The notes under the pieces were generated by a model. The model searched no databases. It saw nothing but the letters and a program-made list of their open reading frames with translations, and was not told the origin of the DNA. A stretch of 64,000 nt of DNA from Antedon mediterranea (lineage: Eukaryota > Animalia > Echinodermata). Of this stretch, positions 12,756-27,200 are shown piece after piece. Each line of letters begins with the position of its first letter. Within the stretch, counting starts at the first letter, position 1. The position numbers were made by a program, and so were the translations under genes. The stretch is from contig NC_092670.1 in NCBI RefSeq assembly GCF_964355755.1, positions 30,120,388-30,184,387 on the forward strand. Reading direction: 5' to 3'.

Positions 12756-13225
12756 TGAAAGGGTAGTATCGCTGATATATTATGGTATCGTGTGTATTTA
12801 TAGCTTTTTTCTTTTAGTTAGTGAAGATGTAAAAACCAAGAGACTTATGTCAACATAGATTATAATTATGTAAACAGTTCTAGATTAAGTATGATTTGTT
12901 CATTTGTGTTTAAAATGTATTTTTATAATGTATTATTCACCTATTTGTAACTGTATTATCTTTTTTAAAGTAAATTAATGTATTGGTAATGATTTAAAGG
13001 GTAATATCGCTGATATTTATGGTATCGTGTGTATTCATAGCGTCTTTTTTAGTTAGTGATGTGAGAACCAAGATAGGTCTGTTAAAATAGATTATAATAT
13101 ATGTAAACATAGTTATAGATTAAGTATAATTTTTTCATTTTGTATTTTAAAACGTATTTTTATAATGTATTATTCGCCTATTAGTTAATTGCATTATCTT
13201 TTTTTTAATAAATCAATGTATTGGT
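12756..13225. repeat. Diverged tandem duplication, 2 x ~235 bp, downstream of the paralog 1 stop
   Basis: AAAGGGTA.TATCGCTGATAT...AATGTATTGGT occurs at ~12758 and ~12996. The second unit has AATAAA near 13207. Confidence 0.85.
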
Positions 13226-15211
13226 GGAGGAGAATGACTAAATGTATAATATGTATGTATCTTTATTATTGTTATATCGATGTGGTAAAGTACCTATTTA
13301 AAAATACAAACTTTTATTCAAATAATATTCAATCAATATATTCAACGGCGCAATGAGGAAATATAGACTAAGCCTACGTCAATGCATCAAATGCAGAATT
13401 AAACATTTTCAACCTAATTTTTCTGAATATAGTAGGCCTACAAGATGTAGTAATACAGCTCTTTCTGAAGAAGAAATTATGAAAGTATATTTCTGCTGTT
13501 AACTGTTTCAACTGAAATATCATTCCATAACTTAGTAATAGAAATGTATCTATAAAACAAGGCTTAATTACAACTTCAATAGTCTACACTATTTCACATT
13601 AAGCCACTAGACCTACGTTTTTTGACCTATAGTTTCACTACACTACATTTTATGTAAAAATAAATACTAAATAGATATATTGCGATAATTTGTTCGTCTT
13701 TAAACGGTTATAATAAAAAAAAATAAGTCTATTGTAATAATTTAAACGCGCCCCCTATAAATACAAGAATTAATCGCATATCGAATTGATATTTTCAAAA
13801 TGTGATTTATTTCTTTATTCTGACATAAAATCATAGTATAAAAACACAATAAAGTACCTAGACGGCAAACTTATTTCCATTGTAGACCTAAACAAATATT
13901 ACAGAATAAACAAGAAAACCACACTTAATTAAACATAATAAACATACATATAGCAAATTAAATTTCTCTGATGTGATTCACCCACCTCGGTCGATCGCGT
14001 GAAAAGGTAAACAGATAAAAGAACTGTAAATTTTCCTATAGCATATAATACCCTATAGCTACCGTAAGATGTTCCTACGTTACTGCTCTTTACCAGTTAG
14101 GCCTACACCTAAGAAGACCGTACACGAGAGGACATTCGATGCGAGCTACTTAGGTAGTGCATTGTTTCTTTTTCTCATAGTTAACCATACGTAACATACA
14201 TAAAATGAATGGATGACCTGGTTTAATATTTTTAAAGTAATGTTTATTCATTATTTTTACAAAACGACAACAATTTTATAGGTCTATATATCTTTAACAT
14301 TTATTTATTTGTCAACGAAGTAGGCCTACGTAGGTATATCGAAACGTAGTGTCATCATTGAGTATTCCCTATCCAACAACCTACTTTGCGTTTGACGACA
14401 GTAAATTGAAAAAAAAAGTAAGCTTGTAACTACAGTATGTGAACATCCACAGCAGTGGATATTATTGTTTTTTTTTAATACACACCTAACATGTACATGA
14501 TTTTTCATTTTTAAATATCACTCCCACAATTTGTTTTCAGTTTAGATTCATTGTCATTTCAATTGTGAAAACGTTGACTCAATATGAACATGCGAGTTGT
14601 TATTGCTATTAAAACGTTAAGGTTATTTTTAATAATTACAGTTCATAATTATCAATACATGGTTCTATGTCTAGAGAAAATAGGCTGCGTTACATCTATA
14701 CTTTCTTGTCGTCTGTTAAATATAATATTTCTTAATCAATCCCCTAAAAGGCATATCATTGACAAATACGTTATATTAACACTGTTCTTTCATGGCATAG
14801 AATTTAATTTTGTCGGTATATTATATACGTCCATTGCTTCTTAAAAAATGAGTTTGCATTGGTTTGTGTAGGGCAATTAATTAGATCTGGTAAAAAGAAA
14901 AACAGTTTTGAAATTGTAAAAGTACCGAATATTAAGATATTATATTCGTGTTTATTTTGATCTGTAACACTCCGCATTATTTACATTGAGTCAATAGAAG
15001 AAAGTATGAAGAAGTAAGTGTGTTATAAGATATACTTTCATATTTAAGCAATCGATGATACGTGTTGTTATACTACCAAACAAACACTATACATTTACAT
15101 TGTATTGTTTGCATTTAATGGTAACTTCCTTATAACATTGGAGTGATATAAAGAACACCGTATTAAGTCGAGGCGGCCTAGGATCCTAGCCGCATTTAAG
15201 TACTCCTGAAG

Positions 15212-18200
15212 ATGTCTCGAAAATACTTGATAATATTAATATTGTATTTATGCTTGGATTTATCATTTGGTGTAACGGTTGCATGTAGGTATGTTAATGA
15301 TACCAGTGTGAATGCAGTTTGTGAATGTACAGAAAGAACACAAACAGTGAAATGCACAAACCGTGGACTCAATGAATGGCCTGATGGAATTCCAGTAAAA
15401 ACTCTTTTTCTGTAAGTTTTAATTATGCACTTGTAAAGCTATTATGCTGTTAAATCTTGCATGCTTTAACCAAGCTTAACTCTCTTCAGTAGATGGATAG
15501 AAATAGCATTTTGAGTAAAACAAAAGTTAGTTTTTTTGCTGAAACATACTCAACTACATATAATTTGCATAAAATCAAAATGGCTACCACTTTAACCCCA
15601 GGTATCAGATTATTATGAAAGGTCATTTTATTGTAAAGAATTACATTTTATTATTTGTCTTAAACAAACACAAAAGTAAATCCTGGCTAGTTGTTTGGAG
15701 TGTTTGAACTAATTAGATATCACCAACATAATATATTATAGAAACAAAAACTAAACGCTTTATTTATAGGAATTGATCAATGTTTTTTTTTATTCATGAA
15801 CATACCATGTTTACCTTTACCCTCTTCAAAGCAAATCAAATTCTTAAAGATTCAAATCCGTTCTGTAGCCTAACCCAACCTTTCAAAAAGTAAAATTACA
15901 TCAACAAAGTAAACGATTTACATTTCAAAAGTGATAATTTCTATCCTTGCCTAATAAAAAAAGTGAAACCACGCTTAACACGTTGGTTAGGCCCTAGCTT
16001 TTGCTATACTGAACAACATACCAATAATGCAAATAGTCTTCGTGACCACGTTTGAACTCGAAAAAAACATCACATAATTCCTCGATGATACCTAGTTGTA
16101 TGTCAACACCCATTTGTGTATGTAATTATTTATCATGTAGATCAAACATTCGTAATTTAAAGTATGCCTGCATTGTTTACTTTGCGTCAGAAACAATACA
16201 GCAAACAGTGGATGATGCTATACGGTGTAGCACAATAATAATGACAACAACGACAATAATAATAATAATAATAATAATAATGAATAATTACACAACATCA
16301 GACATATCCTATTTTAAAGACATTGTGTGAATATATATTTTTTAACAAATATTATACAATCAATTCATATTTTACCAAGAGTTAATTAACTCTTTTTTTT
16401 TTATAGTTACATTAATGATAACAACCTGAGAACAATTGATGACGATACGTTGACAGAGCTACCGGAGCTTAGAACTATGTAAGATTTTAAGAGGCATAAA
16501 TGTTTTACAGTATGTATATTGTAGCAAAAGTTTTGATAGAATGTGACACAAACGTGCATCTCTAGAAATATTACATATCCGCAACTATCGATCTGACCAT
16601 TGAATAATAATCGATTTTATAATAACGTAAAACATATTACACTTTTATCTACTGTTTTAAAAATAAATAATAAATAAAATGCTTAACTTTAATGACAGAG
16701 AAATTAGTCGCAACTCACTAAGAAGACTACCAACGTTTCCGAAGTCAATTGTTACTGTGTAAGTAGTGTTTTATACTTTAAATATCAAGTCAAACAGCAT
16801 AACTACCTGGATAAGAAACACATATCCTATACTTCTTTCACGCCAAAACTCCGCAGTGGTTTCCGGAGACACTCCGGGGTTTGTGACCACTTAAAACTCC
16901 GGAGTTACCCCATTCACACTAACCCTAGCAACACCAGAGTATTTAAAAATAAAATGGTAAATACCGCCCTCTGTTTGTTTACATATCGACGATCGTTAGA
17001 ATAATTTTAAATGATAATAATTTTAATTTAATAACTATTTTCAAAATATCTCAGAAGTCATATAATATTTTATTTATACTAGTTATTATTTTGTAGACCC
17101 GCTATATATTTTGTACAAATATTTAAAGTATTTTGAAATAAAACTGTACTAAAGCAATGATTGATCGTGTAAGGATGATCTTTTGACCTAAAAACTCCGG
17201 ATTTGATGTTGGTACCTTTCATACCAAAACACCAGTGTTTCCCTGCATTTCGCCCTCTGAGAGAATGTTCAGATGTTCAACCCCGCTGTTTGTACTCCGC
17301 AGTTGTTTGATTTTACCCCTTCACACCACGTCAACTCCAGAGTTGTGCTTTTTGTGTGAAAGGAGTTACAAGACGAATAGCCTAACACATTACTGTATGT
17401 TGTATTGTATCATATTGATTTTACTGCAGTTGGTTAATTTATTAATAAATATAACATTTACAACATACACATATTTCAGATATGCAAAAGGCAACTTTTT
17501 GACCGACATATTGACAGCTTTTAATGATCTTCCAAGACTTCGTAACGTGTAAGTTAGGCCTACAATATTGTAATTTAATAATGGTTTGCTGTTCTTTATG
17601 GTTTATTGTAGTAGAATTAACTTTCTTCCTAAAATGATATTAAACATTGTTTTTCTTATATAACAGGATTATGGTAATTATTGATTAAAATAAACAAACC
17701 TATGATAACTTTCTAACATTCTAGTTCACAATTTATACAAAAGATACATTACATCATTTTGACTCATCATCAATATAGTATACACAGCATAGTAAGTTTT
17801 CAATTGTGAGGAAGGAGACACGACAGTTTGTCTTTAGGCATAAGTACCGTAGGCCTATAATGCCTTACTACTTTTCTTTTTCAAAATTAAGATGTTTGTC
17901 TTATTTGACTCTTGGGGTATACTCTATCATATGAATTGACCAGTTATTCCAAAATATGAGTGAAATATATTGGGGTTGTCTACAAACACCCATTATAAAT
18001 AATCTTACAAAAGCAAAACTACAGCAATTGACAAATCGGATAGCAGTATAATGAATATATAATGAGGCAGATATAATGCTCTCAGGAGAAAAGCTTTTTT
18101 TCATATATTTTGTAATTCTTTTACAACTTACAGCAAATTACCTGATCCAAAATACATTTATAATTTATTTCAACTAAAATCAAAAAATGTTTTGGTAAAT

Positions 18201-21200
18201 TTTGATCAAAAAGCAAACAAAATAACTGCAAAAGTGTCCCGCTAAATAATTACGAAAAAAGTTTATCTGCATTTTGACCCCTCAAAAAATAAAATAATAA
18301 TTGAAAACTATGTATAAATGAAAAGTGTTTGTTTGTAATTACTCAAAAATAGCCATTTTCTCAGCCCTTTTTCAATAATAACTGAAGATGTTTAAAAAAT
18401 ACTCCTCACTAAAATTTAGGATAAGTAATGTTACTGTGTATAAAACAATACTATTATAATATTATATTATTATGTTATCTTAACTATATCCTTTTTGTTT
18501 TCAAAATAGAGACATTCCGTACAACAGCATTACAGTGTTAAAGAATTCTATGTTTAAGGGTTCACCATTCGTAGGTAGATTGTAAGTATCATGGTATGAT
18601 TATTTTGTCAAAGTAATGCTAAAGCTCAACTTCAAGCAGCTCCAGATTGACAATATTGACCACTAATGAAACAAAATTATGATTTTATTTTCCAGAAACT
18701 TAGTGTCTAACAATCTACTTAGAATTGAACCTTTCGCATTTATAAACATCCAATTGAGATTGCTGTAAGTTTTTTTTTTAATTCCATGCTTTCAAAATAA
18801 AATGGTAGTGATTAATTTTATTTGGCGTTTCCGTTTTTATGTAAGCACCTGTATTCTTAAATCAAAGATTGTATAGCGCCACAAGGTAGAGATTTCCATG
18901 GACAAATTTGAACAAGAATTAATCCTTGTCATGACAATATCGTACGATATGTTGGCCAGCGGCCGAGTTGTATCCAAGCATGGAGAAATACTTATACTAA
19001 TGAAAAAAATCACCGCAAAAATTAAATCATACAGAAATAGCATATCTTCATCCGGGTATTTTGACCACCCGAATGGCGTCCATGGAATCAAATGGAGCGT
19101 AGTGTTATAAGATAGGGGCTTGGCAACAGTTATCTATTTTGCGCGGCGCAAATGACCCACATGATTATTCAATTGAGAAGAAACAGATATGTTGCGCCGT
19201 ACTACTGTTCTAACCAGACACTATCCAATCTAGGCAATCTAAAAACAGGACACTCGCACGCCTTACCAAGATAGGCTCGTAACAGTCCTTTGATCTTATG
19301 TCTGGCTGCGACAGATACCAAAAGTACTGTACTACACTGTCCCAGCAATGCAAAAGAAAGTATGGGACAACATGATAGTTTTGAGTATCAAGCAAATCTT
19401 TTTGTTTGTTTCCATCAATTTTGAACAATGCCGGACCATGACATTATATAGTGGTCTAATGGTCAACAGTGGTTAGGATAACTGCATATCAAGCAGAATA
19501 AAAGGTTCTAAGGTTAAATCTCGATTGGGCGGATTTTTTTTTCATTTTCGGAAATTAATAAATGTTCAGTATATCATTAGGTGGTTTAGAATTTATTCTG
19601 CGCCTGTTGATTACCCAGCGTCTTTCAGCAGATTTCAATGATGGCCATTCATTCTTTTTTTGTGCATACATGTCCCTTCGGTGATGCCGGCTTCGTGAAT
19701 AAATATACTGAAATAAGAGGACGTATCAAATTGATCTATTTTACGCATGCGTACAATTGATAATTAGTGCTAGCTGTTCCGTCGACATACAATTTCGAGT
19801 CGCATCCAATCGAATTTGAACAAGGCCTACTATGAAAACTATCACTGAGTACCATTGTAGTTCATTGATCTAAATTACAATTGGCCGTCATGGTAAGTAA
19901 CAATGTTGACAGTCATCATTGCTGTAAATCTTGTAAAACGTGTTCATTGGTCGAATCTACTAAAACACTTCACCGTAACCCAACTGGCCGCATCAATCAA
20001 CAATTAATACATTTAACTTAAAACGTCATTTATCTTATCTTATATCTGTAATATTTGTGTTAAAACTTACGTCGGAGAAAAAAAATAACGACTCTCTGTA
20101 TGAGAATGCCACAACATACATCAGCAATTAAAACATTGAAACTTGATTAACTTGTAGCTGTTATTCTCATGATTCGAGTGCAAATGTTAAGTTATGGCAA
20201 TAGACCACATTGTCAATGTTTTCAATAAACAAGTTCGTCAGAGGAAAATTAAAATTTCGTGAACTATTTTCGAAATTGAATCAGCATTGTTTAGGTAGTG
20301 TTTAGGTAGTGATATGAGTTATTTTGTTTAACATTGTTCAATTCCTAGAATTAAGATTTCTTTTATTTTTTTGTTGCAATTATGAGCAATTTTTCAATTT
20401 ATATCATACATAACTATGTATATTTAATGCATACAACCTAGTAAATGACTGTATTGATTACTATAAACTTGGATATTATCCAATACCATTAAGGTAATAT
20501 TGGTTTTTTCTATATTACAGCTGGATTGAAAATAACCACGAACTTATAGAGCTGTGTGAAAATGCATTTGCATTAGCTTCAAGACAAGCTGTTGAATTGT
20601 AAGTGAAGTAACCAGGAAGAAAATTGTTAAAATGAAATTGTTATTCCTTTCATTGGTCAATAGCCCAGCGTCAGGATTTGATCGAAATAGTTTCAAACAA
20701 CTGTTGTAATATTCTACATGGACAATTACAGTACTGTGTGTCAGTACACTATAAATGTATCTATGCATTATTTTATTAATACATTGTACTTACAGCAACG
20801 TTTAACAAACATTCAGTTTGCTTTCTCAGGTAGACTGTTGATATTGGCTACAGTCTGGCCAACATCACCTCGGTGTATGCTGTGTTTTGTTGCGACATTG
20901 ACGTTGCCCTTCTCCCCTGTTTGTTTCCCTGTGTCTGAATGATGTAATCGTATATTTGTGAGGTTGTTTGTTTGTCATCCCTGTTTATTGTGTCTGTAGT
21001 TTTGGTCAGATTCCTTGTTTCTCACTCTCGTTTTGTAGTGTTTGAGTGTCCAAGTTTGGTGCGTGGTTTAGATGAATAGCATGGTCTATATTGGCTGATT
21101 TTTTATAGTTCATAGTTAGTTCATAGTTCATTGTATTTGTCCATACGGAAATTCATGTGACATACAATTTCTCAAAGTTAAAAGGTTAATACAATAAAAT

Positions 21201-24200
21201 TACATAGCAACAAAATTCAACGACTTAACAACGGTTATTAAAATGTCTAATTGGGTACGGAACAAAAGAATTAAGGAAGCGTTTTGTTCTACAACGTGTA
21301 GCCCTCAAACGCCTTCCAGATCTCAGCCATTGAAAATCACTATAGAGCGGATGACTCTCATCTTTCATTATGGCAATGACCTTATCATAAATTTTGACGT
21401 TACAAACATCATCAAATCTAATGATCTGTTTAGTTATTCTGCACGCCTTATTTACTAAACATTTAACATTCTTTAGGTCTGATTTTCTAAAACTACTGAA
21501 CCATATCAGACAACCATAAACTAAGACACTTTCCATGACCGACTTATAAAATAGACCTAATATTGTGTTGTCAACACTAAACGAGTTTAATTTTCTTAAA
21601 AAGTACAATCTAGAGTTACCCTTAGACATGATCGTTTTACAATGTTCACCCCAATTAAACTTGTTGTCGATTACCATTCCAAGATATTTATATTTGGACA
21701 CAATATCAATATCAACTTCATTGATTTGGTTGATTAGAACTATTTCGGAAGTCAAAAATCATTTCTTTAGTTTTACCTTCGTTAATAACTAAACGATTAT
21801 CTACACACCCGTCTACACACCATGTAATAAATGAATTCACTGAGTTTCTATATAATGTCTCGTCATTCTTAGCAATTAAACCTAATAAGACGGTATCGTC
21901 GGCGTACTTCAACAAATAATTGTTCGGATGAATAGATTTACAATCATTCGTATACTAAACATATAATAGCGGCGAGAGAACACAACCTTGTGGGGATCCG
22001 ACATTAGTTATCTGTTTATCCGAAAGAGTCCCCGATATGTGCCTATCTGCTGGAAATCGTCAACAATTATCCCTGTCCCTAAAAGAGCCCGCCCTAATCA
22101 ATTGAATGACTTTCGTCCGGTAGCGCTTACCCCTATTGTTATGAAGTGCTTTGAAAAGATTATTAGTAAACATCTTATTGCCCCTTTATCTCCACTTCTT
22201 GACCCTTTGCAATTTGTTTTCCAACCACACAAGTGTGGAGATGATGCTGTTCTTACACTTGTTCATTTGATGCGATGTAGCACTTATAAGAATTAGCTAC
22301 AGAACTATAGCATTGGTCAACAATTCTTTATCACAGTGGTTAAAATCACCCATAACAAGTTTAGGTGAATCAGGAGATTTATCTGAAACGTCATGTACAG
22401 TTTCGGTAACGATCTTAGCTGCTTTATTTGCATCCGCATCTGGGGGAATATATGCTAAAATAACATAAAGTTCATTAAACTCCCTAGGCAAGTAAAACGG
22501 TCGAAAGGCTACGCACATAAGTTAGATGTTCACATCGCATAAAGTCTTCTTTATGTTGACGTTACCGCACCAATTATTATTCACAAACATAAAAATTCCT
22601 CCTCCTTTACTTTTCCCAGTCACTGTAGCATCTCGATCAAGTCGTAATAAATTAAAGCCATCAATACTTACAGAGTAATCATTAATCGTTGTAGATAACC
22701 AAGTTTCCGTAAAACAGACTAGGCTTGATTCCCTGAAGTTGGTTAGAAATTTCGTACAGGCATTTCATCAACTTTATTTACGATTGATCTAACGTTGCTC
22801 ATAGTTATAACTGGAAGCGGTAGACGGTGTTGATTTTTCCTAATTCGTCGCTTTAAGCTTCCTCTGTGTCCTCTTTTCCTGGGTTTTACTGCAACGTCAT
22901 TCCGATTTGGCATCCATTCTGGAATAATGGGGCTCGGCATCCGGGACGCTTGGCTTGGTGTTGATATTCCAAGCGCTAGCAGCACATCACGATCGTAGCT
23001 TAGTGGGGCTGACAATACCGAGTGATTTAAAACGGCAAAAAGTGCGATAAAACTCACAATCCAGACAAAGAAAAACGTATCCATACTCTCAGAAACTAAG
23101 TATGAATTGAAATTCGCAAAATTACAGCGCACATAATACAATAAAAACGATGAAAATAATTATGTTAGAAGAGCAAATTGAACGTTCCGCGTCGCCGATG
23201 AACAGCGCCACTATTATTCCTCTTGTTTTCATGATCTGTTTATATGTCTGTCTCTTCTACATCTTATTGGTGTTCCATAAATCTGATTTTGAGTGCTCTT
23301 CCAGTTGCATTTATGCAAACGTTGTCGCAATTATTTAGTTTATTCAAGTGGGTGATGAGAGTTAAAACATAGATATGGATTGTTGTCGGTGGTGGGTTTC
23401 CGATACACTGTGGTTTTGAGGGATCCGTCGTATTGTAAAGTGATGATGGTGTCCAAGAAAGGTATCTCGTTTCTGTGGTGAATGTAATATTCCCTGATGG
23501 ATCAATGTTGTTTAATATTCATTAAGGTTAGACTCAGAGTTGTTTGGAACACATACCCTTTCCAAAAATGGGCTTGATTGCAGTTGGTTTCCGATGTACA
23601 GGCTTGTTGTTCCAGCCATTCCATAAAAAAGCTAGCAATGATCTGAGCTTCCCATTGCTATCATTTTCTTGTGTCTGTATATTTTTTTTTTAAACTGAAA
23701 CGGAAATTAATTAATTAGTACCCGTTTTAGTAGCGCCATGATGTCTTTTTTTTGGTTCTTATTTTTAGTTCTGTGTCTTGTTTCAGACGTTTTTTTACTT
23801 CGTCTAATATTTTGATGTTTCCTCTCCGAAAAATGTGGCAAAATATAGTAACCCACACACTTTAATAATCTTTATTTACAAAATAAGCGCGCATATAAAC
23901 ATCCTAAATCATATATTGTAATAACTAATTACTTTTTAAAACTGTGATAACTCAAGTAGAACAAAAAATTACAGTAAAATTAGTATTAAATAAAACACAA
24001 GAATGTATGAATTATCTATTATTGAAATAACTTGAAATATCTTCTTTCAATAGAGTGATTGCAAACAACTATAACCTAGTTCACATTTCTACTGGAACTT
24101 TCAAAAACTTGTCAAGTGGAAGTAGCATGTTGGTAAAACTTTTAACCTATGATTATTACTCGAATAAAGCCGACAGAGTTCTGTTTCCAGTAACCCTCAA

Positions 24201-27200
24201 GGACTGGGCTACTTTTTAGCCGGTTCTTTTCCCATCTTAGTTGCAGACGACAACTCTGATTTCCCCCAAACCCGGTCATTGTGACTGCTATCACTTCCTT
24301 TATGCGATTTTCATAACTTTGGTCAAAGGTTGAGTTTGGTAAAAAATAATACTACTCATCTCATACAATTGGTGGCTGTACTGTATTGTTATAGTAGTAG
24401 GAGAAGCTGCTATACAAAATGTACTGCGACAGACTATACTAATAGTGGGGTGCCTTAAGGGAAAAAATGATCAAAAACGTTACACGGATGACAAAGTTTT
24501 CAAATTTTGTACATATGTTCACTGGGACATACAGATTAAAAAAATCACTGTAGCCAAGAAAAAAATTTTATTTTATGACCATATTTGGAGTATTTTCAAA
24601 ATGGCCGCCAAAACAAAATGATGGTCTTAGTAACCGGTAGGGGTACAGAGTTCATTTTAGTGTTAAATTGCTTAGAACACATATGTTTCTATTCACTCTA
24701 ATACAAAATGTTATTAGAAAATGGCCGGAATCATCATTTCCGGAATTGTGAACTTTGACCCTAGTTCCTAATTATCATATGAAAAAGTAATTGTTTAAAT
24801 TTGTTGAGAAAACAATGTATTGCGTGAAAAATAAGTGTTTGACGGTTGACTGTCATGCAATGTTGTAGTGATATAAAACAAAATTTAAGTCAAAAGTTAA
24901 TATCATTACTTCTGGTCAATTGATAAATTCAGTCATTACCTTAATTAATACAAAAATATACGTTTTTGACAATTTAAGCACAATATTGTGATGTTATGCG
25001 CATTCGGTAACAAAATTTGAGGTTATCGGGTCAAAGGTCAATATTATGATTTCAGTCACTTTTGGGAAAAATAGTTCGTTAGACCAAATACTAACATGTA
25101 TATTGTGAATATTTTAAGACCAACCTCATGTTTCTACTGTCAGTAGTTATCGAGCTAAAATGAACTCTGTACCCCTACCGGTTACTAAGATATTGACCAT
25201 CATTTTGTTTTGGCGGCCATTTTGAAAATACTCCAAATATGGTCATAAAATAATTTTTTTTTCTTGGCTACAGTGACTTTTTTAATCTGTATGTCAAAGT
25301 GAACATATGTGCAAAATTTGAAAACTTTGTCATACGTGTAACGTTTTTGACCCTAAGGCACCCCACTATAAAGCTATTTCTGGCCCGAGGAAATGTGGTA
25401 AAGTTATCAAAGATAACCATGTCCAGGATTTTGGATCATAGTTAGTTACTTTAATAAATAAATAGGAGAAATTCTTACGCCCTGGGTTGCCATAAAACTT
25501 GGCCATTAATACAATTCGTTCATAGAAATTAAATAAAAATAAAAACAGCCATGACATCTGGCAACTTTTCTAACAGACTGAGTAATTGTTGCATTATGAA
25601 TATTTAAATTATTAATTAAACAAACAGTTTTTGATCATTATCCTAATAACCCCAGATATCTAGATGGAAACAGTTTACGAAGCATACCTTCTAGAGCTTT
25701 TCAAGGCGGATCAATATTTCATATGTAAGCATTAATTATCGTGTATCACATATTTTCAGTCACGTCTGTCAAAAGTTATGACTAACGTATTATCATTTAG
25801 TTTTATAGTATAATTATTGGTGCTACCAGGGCTCAGTCACACAGGTTTATAGTATAATTATTGGTGCTACCAGGGCTTAGTCGCACAGGTTTATAGTATA
25901 ATTATTGGTGCTACCAGGGCTCAGTCGCACAGGTTTATAGTATAATTATTGGTGCTACCAGGCCTCAGTCATACAGGTTTATAGTATAATTATTGGTGCT
26001 ACCAGGGCTCAGTCGCACAGGTTTATAGTATAATTATTGGTGCTACCAGGGCTCAGTCACACAGGTTTATAGTATAATTATTGGTGCTACCAGGGCTCAG
26101 TCGCACAAGTTTATAGTATAATTATTGGTGCTACCAGGGCTCAGTCGCACAGGTTTATAGTATAATTATTGGTGCTACCATGGCTCAGTCACACAGGTTT
26201 ATAGTATAATTATTGGTGCTACCATGGCTCAGTCGCACAGGTTTCCATACCAATGTTCGGTTCGTAACCAGAATTAGTTAATTTAGTAGTTTTTTAATAT
26301 TTTTCAGCAAACTTGAAAACAACGATATTAGCTTTATACATAAAGACGCATTTTTTGCATTGGACAGTATTTATATGTTGTGAGTACTAATATAGTTCAT
26401 ATGTTTAAACATTGCTATTGCCATTGTATTGGTACAAATTATAATCATGATAATCAAAAAAACAAAAATTGACACATTCTAACATCATAATTTATCAATA
26501 ATGTTGTTTTCCAGAAATAGATTATTCGCATAAATTTAATTAGTAAAATGTGAAATTAATTTTGTCAATGCATTATTTATTGTTTTACTTTATGAAGACG
26601 ACTTGCCTATAACAACCTTAAGAAAATACCAATTTTGAACGCAAACATATTTGATACACTGTAAGTGGTTTTCTAATAATTATACCATTCATTACCTTTA
26701 CTAATAGTTTTTTTTATTTGCTGGTCATTGTTCCCTAATGGCTAACGGGAAACTGTTATTATGGCATTTTGTGACCAATCGAAACTAACTTACAGGTCAA
26801 ATTCAGCAATGGAAATTAATCTTTCCCAACAATTAAACCATACTCCGCATGCTGTAATTCTAGTTTTATAGAAAATAATTAAGCAGTATAATTTTATGAT
26901 TTTTCTAAATAAACAAATCATATTTCCTGTACTAATCTAGTACATAATATTGTTTATTTTAGTGATTTGAGCTGGAACTATCTAACATCATTGGAAGACT
27001 GTCAACTACCGTCAGTTAAAAATATTATAATGAACAAAAATAATATTCAACGAATCTCAAAAAAAGTTTTTGTTAATATGTCATCACTTGAAATGTTGTA
27101 AGTACAAATTGATGGAAAATAATGTTTGTTATTAATAGATAATTTCAAAATAAGAAATTGAAAACGATGTTTGTACAGAAAGTATAACGCACACATTTCC

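Noticed and set aside
14950-15211. Possible non-coding first exon (donor-like GTAAGT at ~15014) and promoter of paralog 2
   Set aside because: Cannot be supported without transcript data.
25802-26244. Regular 44-bp repeats resembling a CRISPR array
   Set aside because: The units are contiguous with no unique spacers, there are no cas genes, and the context is a eukaryotic intron.
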